DNA from: Acaryochloris marina MBIC11017
Lineage (GTDB): Bacteria; Cyanobacteriota; Cyanobacteriia; Thermosynechococcales; Thermosynechococcaceae
Direction of reading: 5' to 3'
Length of the DNA stretch: 32,000 nucleotides
Assembly (NCBI RefSeq): GCF_000018105.1
Contig: NC_009925.1
Span: 270,001 to 302,000, forward strand
Shown here: in pieces, positions 30,736 to 32,000 of the stretch
Position numbering within the stretch: the stretch's first letter is position 1
Layout: each line of letters opens with the position of its first letter
Position numbers and translations under genes: made by a program
Notes under the pieces: generated by a model
Database searches by the model: none
What the model was told of the DNA's origin: nothing
Seen by the model: the letters and a program-made list of their open reading frames with translations, nothing else

Positions 30736-31416
30736 ATGCCCCACAAACATCACTTTAACCAGATGAAAAATCCTGAATCGGCCTTTGCCCTTCAGGAAAA
30801 ACTGCGGCACCAAGTCATCCGAGAGGACGATTTTGGTCCCCTTGAAACGGTGGCAGGAGTGGATGTTGGATTTGAGGATAAGGATCAAATTGCCTGTGCT
30901 GTAGTTGCAGTACTGAGACTATCTGATCTCAAGGTGCAGGAATCTGTGGCGATTCGTCTTCCGGTTACCTTCCCCTATGTACCGGGATTGCTAGCATTCC
31001 GAGAGGTTCCTATCGTCATGGAAGCCTTGGCAAGTCTGAAAACTCGGCCTGGACTCCTAATCTGTGATGGCAATGGCACCATCCATCCTCGTCGGTGTGG
31101 ATTTGCTTGCCATTTAGGAATTGTTAGTGGACTGCCGTCTATCGGAGTAGCCAAAACTCCTTTCATTGGGGAATTTCAACCTCTAGCCGATGATCGTGGG
31201 GCATGGCAGCCGATCACAGATGGGGGAGAGGTTATTGGGGCAGCCCTGCGGACACAAACAAAGGTTAAACCTATCTTTGTGTCCATTGGCCATCGCATTA
31301 GTTTGCAAAGTGCTATTGATTTGGTGCTCCAATGCGCTCCCGCATATCGTTTACCTGAAACCACTCGCCAAGCCGATCAGTTATCCAAGGGCAATGCCCA
31401 ACCTGTCATCTTATAA
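30736..31416 (+). CDS. nfi: Endonuclease V (inosine-specific endonuclease)
   Basis: VAGVDVGFED......AVVAVL.......E.......TFPYVPGLLAFREVP....AL..L...P.LLICDGNG..HPRRCGFACHLG.....PSIGVAK is the EndoV signature, including the catalytic D in GVDV and the PYIPG-like loop. Confidence 0.9.
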   Translation: MPHKHHFNQMKNPESAFALQEKLRHQVIREDDFGPLETVAGVDVGFEDKDQIACAVVAVLRLSDLKVQESVAIRLPVTFPYVPGLLAFREVPIVMEALASLKTRPGLLICDGNGTIHPRRCGFACHLGIVSGLPSIGVAKTPFIGEFQPLADDRGAWQPITDGGEVIGAALRTQTKVKPIFVSIGHRISLQSAIDLVLQCAPAYRLPETTRQADQLSKGNAQPVIL

Positions 31417-31419
31417 ACA

Positions 31420-31541
31420 ATCCGCACCCCAACAAGAAAAGCTTACATACTTGGTTGAGTCCTTACTTTATAGGGAGGGCTGCAGGTTCAAATCCTGCTT
31501 TGCTTCGCGCAAAAATGCTTTTCATACTTGTGTGGATTTTT
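31420..31541 (+). ncRNA. Y-RNA-like scaffold, copy 3 (module with a T-arm-like hairpin)
   Basis: Helix 1 ATCCGCAC (31420-27) / GTGTGGAT (31530-37), followed by TTTT. Loop 5' CCCAACAAG and 3' CATACTT. Helix 2 AAAAGC/GCTTTT. Then TTACATAC. The module contains GCAGG-TTCAAAT-CCTGC. Confidence 0.45.
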
Positions 31542-31603
31542 CAATTGGATATCGTGCTCTTCACCAGGTCGATGTCCTTCATTTTTTACTAATGGCAGTA
31601 TTG

Positions 31604-32000
<397 letters not shown>

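Overview
Cyanobacterial DNA, with at least 11 copies of the HIP1 octamer GCGATCGC. The window has three blocks. (1) 1-3942 is a fragment of a phage-tail-like contractile injection system (CIS). It holds the 3' part of a sheath gene, three tail-tube paralogues, two tandem tail-assembly-like paralogues, and a conserved mini-ORF with no start codon that is reachable only by a -1 frameshift. No baseplate or spike genes follow. (2) 3972-19700 holds ordinary genes: a pseudokinase-TM-PstS-like protein, a Nif11-like peptide, a haem peroxidase-RTX exoprotein, DUF1643, a WecB/TagA/CpsF glycosyltransferase, PriA, a three-gene two-component cluster, an HNH endonuclease, and one candidate rod-shaped structured RNA. 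(3) About 20.8-32.0 kb is an accessory island whose confident genes are almost all on the + strand. I folded 28 tRNA genes by hand there: 17 in one promoter-to-hairpin array, then groups of 2, 2 and 7, together carrying anticodons for all 20 amino acids. Many are structurally aberrant: four tRNA-Leu without the long variable arm, two tRNAs with a conserved two-hairpin insertion in the T loop, and a subfamily with G55 and mostly no D-loop GG. The tRNAs are interleaved with RNA-repair and quality-control genes: a tRNA-binding-domain/RNA-ligase fusion, a macro domain, endonuclease V, and several unknown small proteins. Four paralogous Y-RNA-like scaffolds lie just upstream of a truncated ORF that may be a Ro/TROVE-like protein. 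My lead hypothesis is that this island is a tRNA backup plus RNA repair/surveillance module. All calls are by eye from the sequence and ORF track; no searches were run.
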